Made by a program: the position numbers and the translations under genes. Positions 1 to 8,695 of a DNA stretch of 64,000 nucleotides are shown piece after piece. The stretch covers positions 19,318 through 83,317 of the forward strand of contig JBDLJD010000001.1 in the NCBI GenBank assembly GCA_039714495.1, read 5' to 3'. The stretch comes from Thermodesulfobacteriota bacterium. GTDB lineage: Bacteria > Desulfobacterota > Desulfobacteria > Desulfobacterales > B30-G6. The stretch's first letter is position 1, and every line of letters starts with the position of its first letter. The notes beneath the pieces were generated by a model. That model did no database searches. It saw nothing but the letters and a program-made list of their open reading frames with translations, and was not told where the DNA came from.

Positions 1-375
1 AACCCGGCTTTCGCCCAAGGTGTGATGGCGGATATTTGCTTGATCTTTTTCAAACCAATGGCAGATGAAACCACAACGGGCAAATTGGCCGACGGTGCAA
101 CCGTATGCCGCCATCGACTTTTGGACGGCCATGTCATCGATATCGTCCAACGCGGAGACACGCTGTGGGAAACGCGGCTTTATGGCTCAAACCACCGCTT
201 GATGCGCATCGTAAAAGGGACGCGCAAGGAAAACCCGCCCCCGGGAGCACCATGGGGAATTGCAGATAAAATTGAATTGACCGCCCTGGAGAGACCCGGA
301 TATAAACTAGCTTTGGACCTGGTGGAAGCCATACCCATAGGGCCCGAGGATTCAAGGGGTCAAGGGGTCGAGTGA
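1..375 (+). CDS. hypothetical protein, C-terminal fragment (frame open to left window edge)
   Basis: Frame 1 has no stop from nt 1 to TGA at 373-375, so the track start at 22 is probably internal. No motif recognised. Confidence 0.4.
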   Translation, partial: NPAFAQGVMADICLIFFKPMADETTTGKLADGATVCRHRLLDGHVIDIVQRGDTLWETRLYGSNHRLMRIVKGTRKENPPPGAPWGIADKIELTALERPGYKLALDLVEAIPIGPEDSRGQGVE

Positions 376-397
376 TGACAGGGGATGGGAAAAAGAT

Positions 398-477
398 TCA
401 CCACGAAAACACGAAAAAACGAAACCACGAAAAACAGATTACATTTCGTGCTTTCAGGATTTCGTGTTTTCGTGATA
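398..477. repeat. imperfect palindromic intergenic repeat made of CACGAAA / TTTCGTG units (copy 1 of 3)
   Basis: Left arm tcaccacgaaaacacgaaaaaacgaaaccacgaaaaa, right arm tttcgtgctttcaggatttcgtgttttcgtgata. The same arm sequences recur at 5424-5486 and 23574-23649. Confidence 0.8.
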
Positions 478-515
478 AAATAATTATTAATCGTGTGACC
501 GGATAAATATTTACT

Positions 516-1775
516 ATGAAATTCAAACTGATATACCCTAAATGGGCAAAACTTGGCCGGCAATCCGAATTTCACCTGCCGCCCCATGGACCGGTTGTGT
601 TTGCCGCTTCGCTGCCGCAAGATGTTGACGTCTCCTTTGTGGACGAAAATCTTCAGTCCATCGATTTTAACGATACCGTAGATGTGGTGGGCATATCCAT
701 GATGTTGACCGTACAGGTCAAACGGGGATGGGAAATTGCCGACAGGTATCGCCGCAAGGGAATTCCGGTCATTTTCGGCGGCATCGCCACCATGCTGCAT
801 GCCGAAGAAACCGCCGAACATGCCGACGCTGTTTTTCTGGGGGAATCCGAAGGCCGCATGGAACAGGTGCTGGCGGACCTTAAAAACGGCTGTTTGAAAA
901 AAGTGTACGATTATATGGAAATGCAGCCGCCCATTGAATCCGTGGGTACGGCCCGACGGGATATTCTACAGCGCGATCTTTACAATTACAAGGGCATCCA
1001 GATGGTCGATCTGGTGCACGCTTCAAGGGGATGCCGATTTCACTGTTATCCCTGTGCCGTGGCCTACCTGGGCGGCAGAAAGTTCAGGCCGCGACCCATT
1101 GACAAAGCAATCGAAGAGATAGCCAGTATCGACAATAACCGGCTGTTTGTTGTGGACAATTCCCTTGCCCAGGACACCCAGTGGGAAATGGACCTGTTCC
1201 GGGAAATGATCCCCCTTAAAAAAAGCTGGTGCTGCCACCCCATCGAAGACAAACCAGAGGTTCTCGACCTGGCAGCACAGGCCGGGGCCTGGTATGTTTA
1301 CCAGGCGGTGTTCGACACATCGGACTTAATTCGGGAGCGCATCAAACGCTACCATGACCACGGCATCGGCGTGGAAGGCACCATTCTTCTGGGGCTGGAC
1401 CACCACACCGAGGATTTTATCAAACGCTTGATTGATTTCCTGCTTGAAATCGACCTCGACCTGGCCGAATTTACCGTTTTGACTCCCTTTCCACACACCA
1501 AAGTCTACGATGATCTCAAACAACAGGGCCGCATTTTCTCCAATGATTGGAATGATTTCTCGGCCGACAAGGTCGTGTATCACCCCAAACAGATGTCTGC
1601 CGATAAACTGCAGGGACTGCTGGATTATGCCTGGAATACATTTTATCAGGATGAGCCCCAGGAAGTGAAGATGTTCAAGCTGTTTCACAAGGTCGTTGAA
1701 AGGGAAATGGCCAACAACACCTTCAGACCGCGTAACCGGGACCTGGCTTCGCGCGCTTTTGGCCGGGCAGTTTAA
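516..1775 (+). CDS. B12-binding-domain radical SAM protein (class B rSAM, COG1032-like)
   Basis: 419-aa ORF. The N-terminal Rossmann-like region (VVGISMM...IPVIFGGIA) is typical of a cobalamin-binding domain. Radical SAM cluster motif CRFHCYPC (CxxxCxxC). Confidence 0.85.
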   Translation: MKFKLIYPKWAKLGRQSEFHLPPHGPVVFAASLPQDVDVSFVDENLQSIDFNDTVDVVGISMMLTVQVKRGWEIADRYRRKGIPVIFGGIATMLHAEETAEHADAVFLGESEGRMEQVLADLKNGCLKKVYDYMEMQPPIESVGTARRDILQRDLYNYKGIQMVDLVHASRGCRFHCYPCAVAYLGGRKFRPRPIDKAIEEIASIDNNRLFVVDNSLAQDTQWEMDLFREMIPLKKSWCCHPIEDKPEVLDLAAQAGAWYVYQAVFDTSDLIRERIKRYHDHGIGVEGTILLGLDHHTEDFIKRLIDFLLEIDLDLAEFTVLTPFPHTKVYDDLKQQGRIFSNDWNDFSADKVVYHPKQMSADKLQGLLDYAWNTFYQDEPQEVKMFKLFHKVVEREMANNTFRPRNRDLASRAFGRAV

Positions 1776-2539
1776 CGTTCCAGCAGCGACCGTACCTGTG
1801 ACATCGTTTTGGAAAGAGAAAAACGACCGTTGCCATAATCCGGTTCAACAACCGTGATCTGTTCAACCGTGATGGTGCCGGGAACTAGCGTATTCAACAG
1901 AAATCTGCCCGGTACAAACAACTTGCCGGTGCCGCCGATTTTTATTACCTGAATCTGTGCCTGACAACGCCTGGCAATTTTAAAGGCACCGTTGTTGAGA
2001 CGGCCGACGGCGCCATCCCGGCTGCGGGTCCCTTCAGGAAAGATAAACAGATTGCCGCCGGACTCAAGAAAGCCTTCCACAGACTCGATACCCTCGATCA
2101 TTAAAGCCGACAGGCCACCGTGGGCCGTAGAGGGAATATACCCCGATTGTTTCACCATCCACCCGAAAACCGGCACCTTGAAAAACCTGCCCTTGACAAT
2201 GGTTTTATGCCGGGGGAACAACGAAATCAACAGCAGTGGATCCAGGTAGGACAGATGGTTGCAAACGATGATGGAGGATCGAATAGATTTGATTTTATTT
2301 GAAATCCGCCATCTTATGCTCGGGGTCAGGCTTCTCAGGAGTAGAAAAAAGCCCCTGAAAAAGTTGTGGTTCAGGCGCTGAAAAGCGGATTCATGGCTTG
2401 CCGAAAACAGATAGGCTGCGAAAAACTGCGGTGCAAAGAGCAGAACGAACCCAACCGTAAAATAGAACCACATCAGCAAGGTGACCATCAGATCGGAAAC
2501 CGGCTTCAGATATGCATTAGAGACATTCATAATTCGCAT
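1772..2539 (-). CDS. PlsC-family 1-acyl-sn-glycerol-3-phosphate / lysophospholipid acyltransferase
   Basis: 255 aa with N-terminal TM helices. HX4D motif in CNHLSYLDP and the FPEGTRS motif. Its stop overlaps the stop of the convergent rSAM gene (TTAA at 1772-1775). Confidence 0.8.
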   Translation of the reverse strand: MRIMNVSNAYLKPVSDLMVTLLMWFYFTVGFVLLFAPQFFAAYLFSASHESAFQRLNHNFFRGFFLLLRSLTPSIRWRISNKIKSIRSSIIVCNHLSYLDPLLLISLFPRHKTIVKGRFFKVPVFGWMVKQSGYIPSTAHGGLSALMIEGIESVEGFLESGGNLFIFPEGTRSRDGAVGRLNNGAFKIARRCQAQIQVIKIGGTGKLFVPGRFLLNTLVPGTITVEQITVVEPDYGNGRFSLSKTMSQVRSLLER

Positions 2540-2621
2540 TATAGTATCTGTCAGATTAACGTTCCGAATAGACTTGAGGTGTTAGAGTATCCAGATTGTC
2601 CAGAGAATCGACCGCCTGTTT

Positions 2622-3866
2622 CTAATGCTTCTGGTTCATATTTTTTAAGATCAGACAGGTGTTCACGCCCCCAAAAGCGAAATTCTGGATAGATGCGATA
2701 CGGATATTCGCTTCAATGATTTCTGGGGCGTGCTGGATCATGGCGCATTGTTCATCGATATTGTCCAGATTCAGGGTGGGAACAATGAAACCTTCCTGCA
2801 TCATATAAATGGTCATGATCGACTCGATGGCCCCGCAGGATCCCATGGTGTGGCCGGTATAGCTTTTCAGCCCGGAAACAACGGGCGACATTCCATACAC
2901 ACTGCCGGTGGCCTGGGCTTCAATGGCATCGCCGTGCTTGGTGGCGGTGGCGTGGGCGCTGATGAAATCCACGTCATCGGGACTGACGACCGCATCCTCC
3001 AGCCCCAGCTTTATGGTCTGGGTAATGCCGCTCCGGTTGGGCAATACCAGGTCGCCGCCGTTGTTGTTGCAGGAAAAGCCGATAACCTCAGCCAGAATGT
3101 CGGCACCCCTTTTTCGCGCGGATTCATACGATTCCAGCAGAACTGCGCCGGCGCCTTCTCCCACAACCAAACCGTCACGGTCCCGGTCAAAAGGGCGGGG
3201 CGTTAAATGGGGCGTTTCATTGTAATCCGTCGAGCAGGCCATCAAATTGTCAAAAACGGCCACCGTGCTCATGTCATATTCGTCGGCCCCCCCGCAGAGC
3301 ATGGCATCCTGCATGCCGAATTTAATCATTTCATATCCGAATCCGATGGACTGGCTGCTGGTGGTGCAGGCGGTGGATGACGCGATGACCCGGCCAGTTA
3401 TACCGAACATTTTGGTGATGTTGACCGCGGTGGTGTGAACCATGAATTTCAGGTAGTCCACGGCTTTGATGGATGAGTAGCCGGCGTAGGTGTCATCGAA
3501 CAGCGCCTGATATAACTTCCTTTGCACCAGGGGACTGCCATGGGTGGACCCGAAAGCGACACCCATTCGGCCCGAAGTGATTAAATCCTCACCAGGATCG
3601 GCCATTTCCAGGGCCTCCTTGGCAACCTGGCAGGCATAATAAGAGACCGGCCCCATGGTTTTGCGGTCCCTGCGACTGAAATCGTAATCCAATCTATAAT
3701 CCACGGCTCCGAATACACCCGCATCAATATACTTGGAGTACAGATCGTCATGCTTCAGCTTTTTAACCCCGGACATCCCCTTGGTCAGATGCTCCAGGAT
3801 GTCCCTCTTTCCATGACCGATGGGTGTAATGGCCGAGCAGCCTGTGATTACGACTCTGCGTGTCAT
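2622..3866 (-). CDS. beta-ketoacyl-ACP synthase, KAS I/II (FabB/FabF-like, Cys-His-His type)
   Basis: 414 aa starting MTRRVVITGCSAITPIG. Active-site Cys context SSTACTTSS. His motifs SAHATATKHGD and YTGHTMGSCG. C-terminal FAFGGVN. Confidence 0.9.
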   Translation of the reverse strand: MTRRVVITGCSAITPIGHGKRDILEHLTKGMSGVKKLKHDDLYSKYIDAGVFGAVDYRLDYDFSRRDRKTMGPVSYYACQVAKEALEMADPGEDLITSGRMGVAFGSTHGSPLVQRKLYQALFDDTYAGYSSIKAVDYLKFMVHTTAVNITKMFGITGRVIASSTACTTSSQSIGFGYEMIKFGMQDAMLCGGADEYDMSTVAVFDNLMACSTDYNETPHLTPRPFDRDRDGLVVGEGAGAVLLESYESARKRGADILAEVIGFSCNNNGGDLVLPNRSGITQTIKLGLEDAVVSPDDVDFISAHATATKHGDAIEAQATGSVYGMSPVVSGLKSYTGHTMGSCGAIESIMTIYMMQEGFIVPTLNLDNIDEQCAMIQHAPEIIEANIRIASIQNFAFGGVNTCLILKNMNQKH

Positions 3867-3913
3867 TTTTTTATTCGCTGGTTATGTTGTTGGTGACGCT
3901 ATGCGAACAAGGG

Positions 3914-4177
3914 TCAGCTTCGGGTTTTGGCAAGCGATTCAATGTAGTCGAGGATCTGGTTAATGGTCCGGATGTCCATGGCCGCCTTTTTTTCGCTCCG
4001 GGTCAACTCCGACTTGAGCAGTGTCTCGATCTCACTCAAGAGTTCGATGGCATCGATGCTGTCAAACCCGTGCACGTCCCTCAAATCTTCGTCGAGCCCG
4101 GGGTTTTCGATTTCGAACTGTTCGCTGAAAATCCTGATTATGTCTGTTTGTGTCTGGTCTCTGTATATTGTGTTCAT
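3914..4177 (-). CDS. acyl carrier protein (dedicated, cluster-associated)
   Basis: 87 aa, acidic, with phosphopantetheine attachment motif GFDSIDAIELL. Confidence 0.85.
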   Translation of the reverse strand: MNTIYRDQTQTDIIRIFSEQFEIENPGLDEDLRDVHGFDSIDAIELLSEIETLLKSELTRSEKKAAMDIRTINQILDYIESLAKTRS

Positions 4178-4276
4178 AACTTACACGTTTCAAAAACAAT
4201 AAAACCGCTGAAAACATTCAGCAGTCTCATTGCCACATCTTAGCGAAAAAGCCAATAATATAAATTCAAGGTCAGT

Positions 4277-5167
4277 TCAATTGAATTTTTCCGGTTCGAG
4301 AAAAGGCCTGAAGTGATACCACTGCAGCGGATGTTGGCGCAGGGCCTTCTCCAGTACCCGGGCATACGCCTGTGCGGACTGGTGAATGACCACACCTCTC
4401 TCATTGCGGGATGCCGCCTTCAGGTATATGGGCTCTGCCATGGTAAATTGGTAACTGTTTTTCCCCGAGCGGAATGCAAAAAAAGTAAGAATAGGAACGC
4501 CTGACAACAGCGCAAGTATATGGGGGACTTCGGGCAGCAAAATCTCCCGCCCCAGGAACCGGACCGGAACGGTACGCTGTTCTTTTTTCCACACCAGATC
4601 ACCGGTCATGGAAACGATGCCCCCTGACTCGAGAAACTTGATGCCTTCCACCAGGTCCATGGGGGAACCGCCGTCCTTTTCAACGGCAATGATGCGGATG
4701 CCGCTTTGCACGAGGGCTTCTTTCTGCAGACGCTCGATCTTCTCCTTCTGCTTGATACCCATATACAACAGAAGGCGCAGGTCTTTTTGGTTACGCTTGA
4801 GCAAATGGGCGGCCGCCTCCCAGTTCCCCATGTGGGACATGAGCAAAATGCCGCCCCTGCCTTTGGATACCGCCTCTTCAAGGTGGTGCATGCCATCGGA
4901 GGTGTAGGTCAGTTTTCCCGGGCGCTGCAGGACAAACCGGTCCTGATACACATGGGTAAAATTATGAAATTGGCGCCAGGCGCACCACAAATGAAACAAC
5001 CAATGCCGGCCGGGGAACACGGCCCGATAGGTCCTTATGCTGTTGCCCACCCGGCCGGGAAAAAGGATGAAATATCCAGTGGCCACAAACCTGGCGAACA
5101 GCTGGAATACCCATTGCCCCATCTTTCGGGATAAAAACGTGATACTGCTGAAAAAAAAATTGTGCAT
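4277..5167 (-). CDS. LpxL/HtrB-family (lipid A biosynthesis-type) acyl-ACP-dependent acyltransferase
   Basis: Motif LLMSHMGNWEAAAH (H-x-x-NWE) with an N-terminal hydrophobic segment. Start set at ATG 5167 (MHNFFF...). The track's 5' extension to 5320 translates repeat-like sequence. Confidence 0.7.
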   Translation of the reverse strand: MHNFFFSSITFLSRKMGQWVFQLFARFVATGYFILFPGRVGNSIRTYRAVFPGRHWLFHLWCAWRQFHNFTHVYQDRFVLQRPGKLTYTSDGMHHLEEAVSKGRGGILLMSHMGNWEAAAHLLKRNQKDLRLLLYMGIKQKEKIERLQKEALVQSGIRIIAVEKDGGSPMDLVEGIKFLESGGIVSMTGDLVWKKEQRTVPVRFLGREILLPEVPHILALLSGVPILTFFAFRSGKNSYQFTMAEPIYLKAASRNERGVVIHQSAQAYARVLEKALRQHPLQWYHFRPFLEPEKFN

Positions 5168-5423
5168 GTCTCTGATTAGCTTCGAGTCATTAGGGCTTCG
5201 CCCGACATTAGCGCTGACGCGCGTTATTACGCTTCGCTGATATTTATTGTCGCAAACAGCTTGAGGACGAAGGGCAAATGACGTGCGAAGCACGATTGAG
5301 GGCCGGAGGACAAATAGCACGCTATAGCGCTAAGTGAATCCGTGAAACCCGTGTCAAACAATTAAAAAGCCCGCTTCTATTCTCAGCTTTCCGTCCTTGG
5401 TCAAGTCCTGATTAAAAATCTCC

Positions 5424-5486
5424 ATCACGAAATCACGAAAATCTTTCTGAATATTTCGTGATTTTTCGATTTCGTGTTTTCGTGAT
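5424..5486. repeat. CACGAAA/TTTCGTG palindromic repeat (copy 2 of 3)
   Basis: atcacgaaatcacgaaaatctttctgaatatttcgtgatttttcgatttcgtgttttcgtgat, directly abutting the GT2 stop codon (5487). Confidence 0.8.
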
Positions 5487-6281
5487 TCATTTTTTAGATC
5501 TCTGTCTTCTGATCTCTGGAATTCTCCCTACTCGGGCTCGTCTCAAGGGCCGGATCAGCAACCTGTGGGTTATCAAACGGGTAAAGGTGCGGGCGTTGCG
5601 CATGAAATCGACAAAAGGACGAAAGTGGGAGATCCTCGTTCCGGCCGGGGCATAGGTTACACTGACCGGCGCTTCGATTACCGGAAGGCCTGACCGGTGC
5701 GCCCTGACCAAAACCTCCAGTTCAAACTGATAGCCCCCCGCCTTGACATTCAAGTCCATGGTTTCCGGCAGCGGGTATATTCTGAAGCCGCTCTGGGTGT
5801 CGCTGACCTTTGGCCCGCCCGACAACCTGATCCAGAAATTGGAAAATTTGCGACCGAATGAGCTGGTCCACGGTACGTTGCCGCCGCTCATCCCCTTCCT
5901 GGCGCCGACGACGATGGGCCTGGCGGCATCTGGAATGGCCTGCCTGAGGATCTGGGCATCATATGGGTCATGCTGCCCATCCGCATCCAAGGTGATGGCC
6001 CATTCGGCCTTTTCCGCAGCCCGCTCGAATCCGGTCAGAAGGGCCGCCCCCTTGCCCCGGTTGCAGGTATGGTGAAGCACTTCGACATTTTCAAAACAAT
6101 GCAGCCGATCAATACCGCCATCTGTCGAGCCGTCGTCAATGACGATCACCGGCAGATGGAGGTCGAGCGCTTTTTCAACGACAGACTGCACCGTGGTACC
6201 GTGGTTGTATACAGGGATAACAACGGCAAACGCACCCTGTGATCTCCTGTCAGGGTCGCTATCCGTTGGTCCGGATAGCAT
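5487..6281 (-). CDS. family 2 glycosyltransferase (DPM1/ArnC-like, polyprenol-phosphate sugar transferase type)
   Basis: Motifs VIPVYNHG, VIVIDDGSTDG, LDADGQHDP and SGFRIYP. Start chosen at ATG 6281, which overlaps the upstream stop (TGATG at 6279-6283). The track's longer start at 6377 would overlap the upstream gene by 97 nt. Confidence 0.8.
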   Translation of the reverse strand: MLSGPTDSDPDRRSQGAFAVVIPVYNHGTTVQSVVEKALDLHLPVIVIDDGSTDGGIDRLHCFENVEVLHHTCNRGKGAALLTGFERAAEKAEWAITLDADGQHDPYDAQILRQAIPDAARPIVVGARKGMSGGNVPWTSSFGRKFSNFWIRLSGGPKVSDTQSGFRIYPLPETMDLNVKAGGYQFELEVLVRAHRSGLPVIEAPVSVTYAPAGTRISHFRPFVDFMRNARTFTRLITHRLLIRPLRRARVGRIPEIRRQRSKK

Positions 6282-7993
6282 CACGACGGTATATAGGCCA
6301 GGGCCCACGCCCCGGGGCCCATGTGGACGGCGGAGGTGAGGGAGAGGGGCTGCAGTCTTATTTCGGCATGCGGGCAACGTGCTTCAATTTCTTTTCTCAC
6401 CACATTGTCGATCCAGTCGCGGTTGTTGGAATACTCGAGCATGACAAAGGGGGAATCATTTTCATCAAAAGCGTCCTGGAACTTTTCAAGGGCAAATTTG
6501 AGCTGGCCTTTTCGATTTTTAGCGGTGCCGACCTTTATAACTCCTTCGGCCGTAGGGCTGACGATCGGTTTGACGCGCAGCAGCTCCCCGAAAACAGCCT
6601 TGGCCTTGGGCATCCGGCCTCCCGCAGCCAGATATTTAAGCCGGTCCAGACACATGTATTCCCAACTGGATGCCACCACTTTATGTGCAAAGTCAACCAC
6701 CGCCTGCGGGTCATGATTTTGGGCCGCAAATCGAGCCGTGGCAAGGGCGATGGACCCCAGGCGTCCGGAAGCTGCGCCCGTGTCAATGATGGTCAGGCGG
6801 TCCTCAGGATCGTTCCGGGCTTTCCAGTCGACGGCCACATCGTAATTGCCCGTGAAAGCAGACCCCACACAGAGGTAAAGCACATGTTCATACTGATTCA
6901 CGACCCGTTGATAATACTGATGGCGTTCAAACACGGAAGCCTGAGATGTGGAAACCCGGGTGCCTTGCAGCATGGTGTCATAAAGCTCTTCCGGAGAAAA
7001 TAGGGTCTCGGGCAGCGATTTTTCACCGGCAACAATGTAGCTGTCCAAAAGGGTGAGCCCCAGTTCCCGGGCATCCTCACGGGTCACCGAGCCGGCCGCA
7101 TCCGTCATGATATGAACAGCACCCCTTTGCTGCTGGCGCTTGAAGTCCTTTATCTGGGATGCAAGATCGTCATCCTCCCAGCGCACGACATCTCCCAGGG
7201 ACTCGATTTGTGCCTTGGCCTCACGGGAGCTGTCAGTATGCAGATGGACTTTTATGAAATTCTTGTGGGGAATGACTACAACGCTTTCGCCTTGTTGAGA
7301 AAACCTCTCGATGGTTTCCTTATTTTCAGCACTTTGCTGGATGACCGTATCGATGCAAAAGCCGTCCTCCTCCGTGGCCTGGTAGGACGGCGCGATTTCA
7401 AGCAGCCCCTGGAATATGGTTGAAATTGACCGGAATCCATTGTGCTGGCCGATAAGGCGCCTGAAAAAGCCCTCCAGGAAGATGTACAGTCCCAGGGCGC
7501 CGGAGTCCACCACACCGGCCTGTTTCAGCGTGGGCAACAGCTCGGGCGTCGTCCTCACAGACTCTTCCAGAACATCCATGATCCTGTCCACATATTCCAC
7601 ACTGCTTTCAAAATCACGGGTGCTTAAAAAGTCAACCAGGTCGTCCAATAAGGTCAGCATGGTGCCGGCCACAGGCTGGCGAACGGCCCGCTGGGCTTTG
7701 TCCCTGCCGGAGGCCATCGCCTGGGCCAGGGTGGTATGGGATTCCGAATCCAGGAGGCCTGAAAAGAACTGGGCCGCGATATTGCCGGAATTACCCCTGG
7801 CGGACATCAGCAGACTGAAATTTGTATCGTCCGGGTTTTCTTCCAGATATCGCAACGGCGTGAGACTGGCAATCAGGTTGCGCCCTGTATCGCCGTCGGC
7901 CACAGGAAAAACATTGATGTCATCCAGGACGTCCGACCAGGCGGCCACCCTTTCAACGCCGTTAATAAGTGCTTTTGTAAAATCTGGTGTCAT
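6281..7993 (-). CDS. DhaL(Dak2)-domain / DegV-domain fusion protein (fatty-acid-kinase-like)
   Basis: 570 aa. N-terminus has VFPVADGDTGRNL (DhaL/Dak2 motif). The C-terminal ~280 aa are colinear with DegV (AVHIMTDAAGSV, LKYLAAGGRMPKAKAVFGELLRVKPIV, HMGPGAWALAY). Confidence 0.8.
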   Translation of the reverse strand: MTPDFTKALINGVERVAAWSDVLDDINVFPVADGDTGRNLIASLTPLRYLEENPDDTNFSLLMSARGNSGNIAAQFFSGLLDSESHTTLAQAMASGRDKAQRAVRQPVAGTMLTLLDDLVDFLSTRDFESSVEYVDRIMDVLEESVRTTPELLPTLKQAGVVDSGALGLYIFLEGFFRRLIGQHNGFRSISTIFQGLLEIAPSYQATEEDGFCIDTVIQQSAENKETIERFSQQGESVVVIPHKNFIKVHLHTDSSREAKAQIESLGDVVRWEDDDLASQIKDFKRQQQRGAVHIMTDAAGSVTREDARELGLTLLDSYIVAGEKSLPETLFSPEELYDTMLQGTRVSTSQASVFERHQYYQRVVNQYEHVLYLCVGSAFTGNYDVAVDWKARNDPEDRLTIIDTGAASGRLGSIALATARFAAQNHDPQAVVDFAHKVVASSWEYMCLDRLKYLAAGGRMPKAKAVFGELLRVKPIVSPTAEGVIKVGTAKNRKGQLKFALEKFQDAFDENDSPFVMLEYSNNRDWIDNVVRKEIEARCPHAEIRLQPLSLTSAVHMGPGAWALAYIPS

Positions 7994-7995
7994 GA

Positions 7996-8415
7996 CTAAA
8001 ATCCAAGTGTTTTGCGGATATCTTCCGGAATCTCGAACAGTATTTCCGTTTCCGGATATTTAACAGCAACCTGCTCGCTCCTGCCTTTTGCGCACAAGAT
8101 TCCGTTATTGTTCAATCTTATTTCAAAGTCAACCACGATTTTATAACGCGCCTCCTTCACCACGGCCTTGCAGGTAAATTTATCGCGCTGGCGCAGGGAG
8201 ACGATGTGCTTGGTTGCGGTCTTGATGATCGGAAAAAGTATATTGGTGCGTTTGTAATATTTTACCGGGTCAAACCCCAGCGCGTAACAGAGCTCCTCCC
8301 GGGTGGTATCGAAATATTTCAGGTAATTTCCATGCCAGACCACCTGCATGGGGTCCAGGTCGTAAAAGGGCACGGTAAACTTTTTTTCGTGGCTTATAAA
8401 GTTCTGTTTCTTCAT
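7996..8415 (-). CDS. hotdog-fold acyl-CoA/acyl-ACP thioesterase (4HBT/YbgC-like)
   Basis: 139 aa. VPFYDLDPMQVVWHGNYLKYFD is typical of the 4HBT-type catalytic Asp region. Ends 2 nt upstream of the DhaL-DegV start. Confidence 0.75.
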   Translation of the reverse strand: MKKQNFISHEKKFTVPFYDLDPMQVVWHGNYLKYFDTTREELCYALGFDPVKYYKRTNILFPIIKTATKHIVSLRQRDKFTCKAVVKEARYKIVVDFEIRLNNNGILCAKGRSEQVAVKYPETEILFEIPEDIRKTLGF

Positions 8416-8695
8416 CTCAATCCATTCATTGGAAACAGGCTTGGAAAATTTATTCCACCCATGACTAAGCGCTTCAAATACCTGACACTTCTTGTTAAGT
8501 CAAGTTGTAGATAGCGATCCCCCTTGACTAAGAAAAGCAAATCTGGAATAAGGGGGCGATTTAAACGGAAAATGCCAAAAAGAAGATCGTGTGTTATTCC
8601 GAAAACACGGCGTCATGGGTGGCGACATTCAATCTATAATTCCAATGTGCAAAGAGCTGAAAAGTTATCAATTTTAACGTTTAAGGAATCACTGC

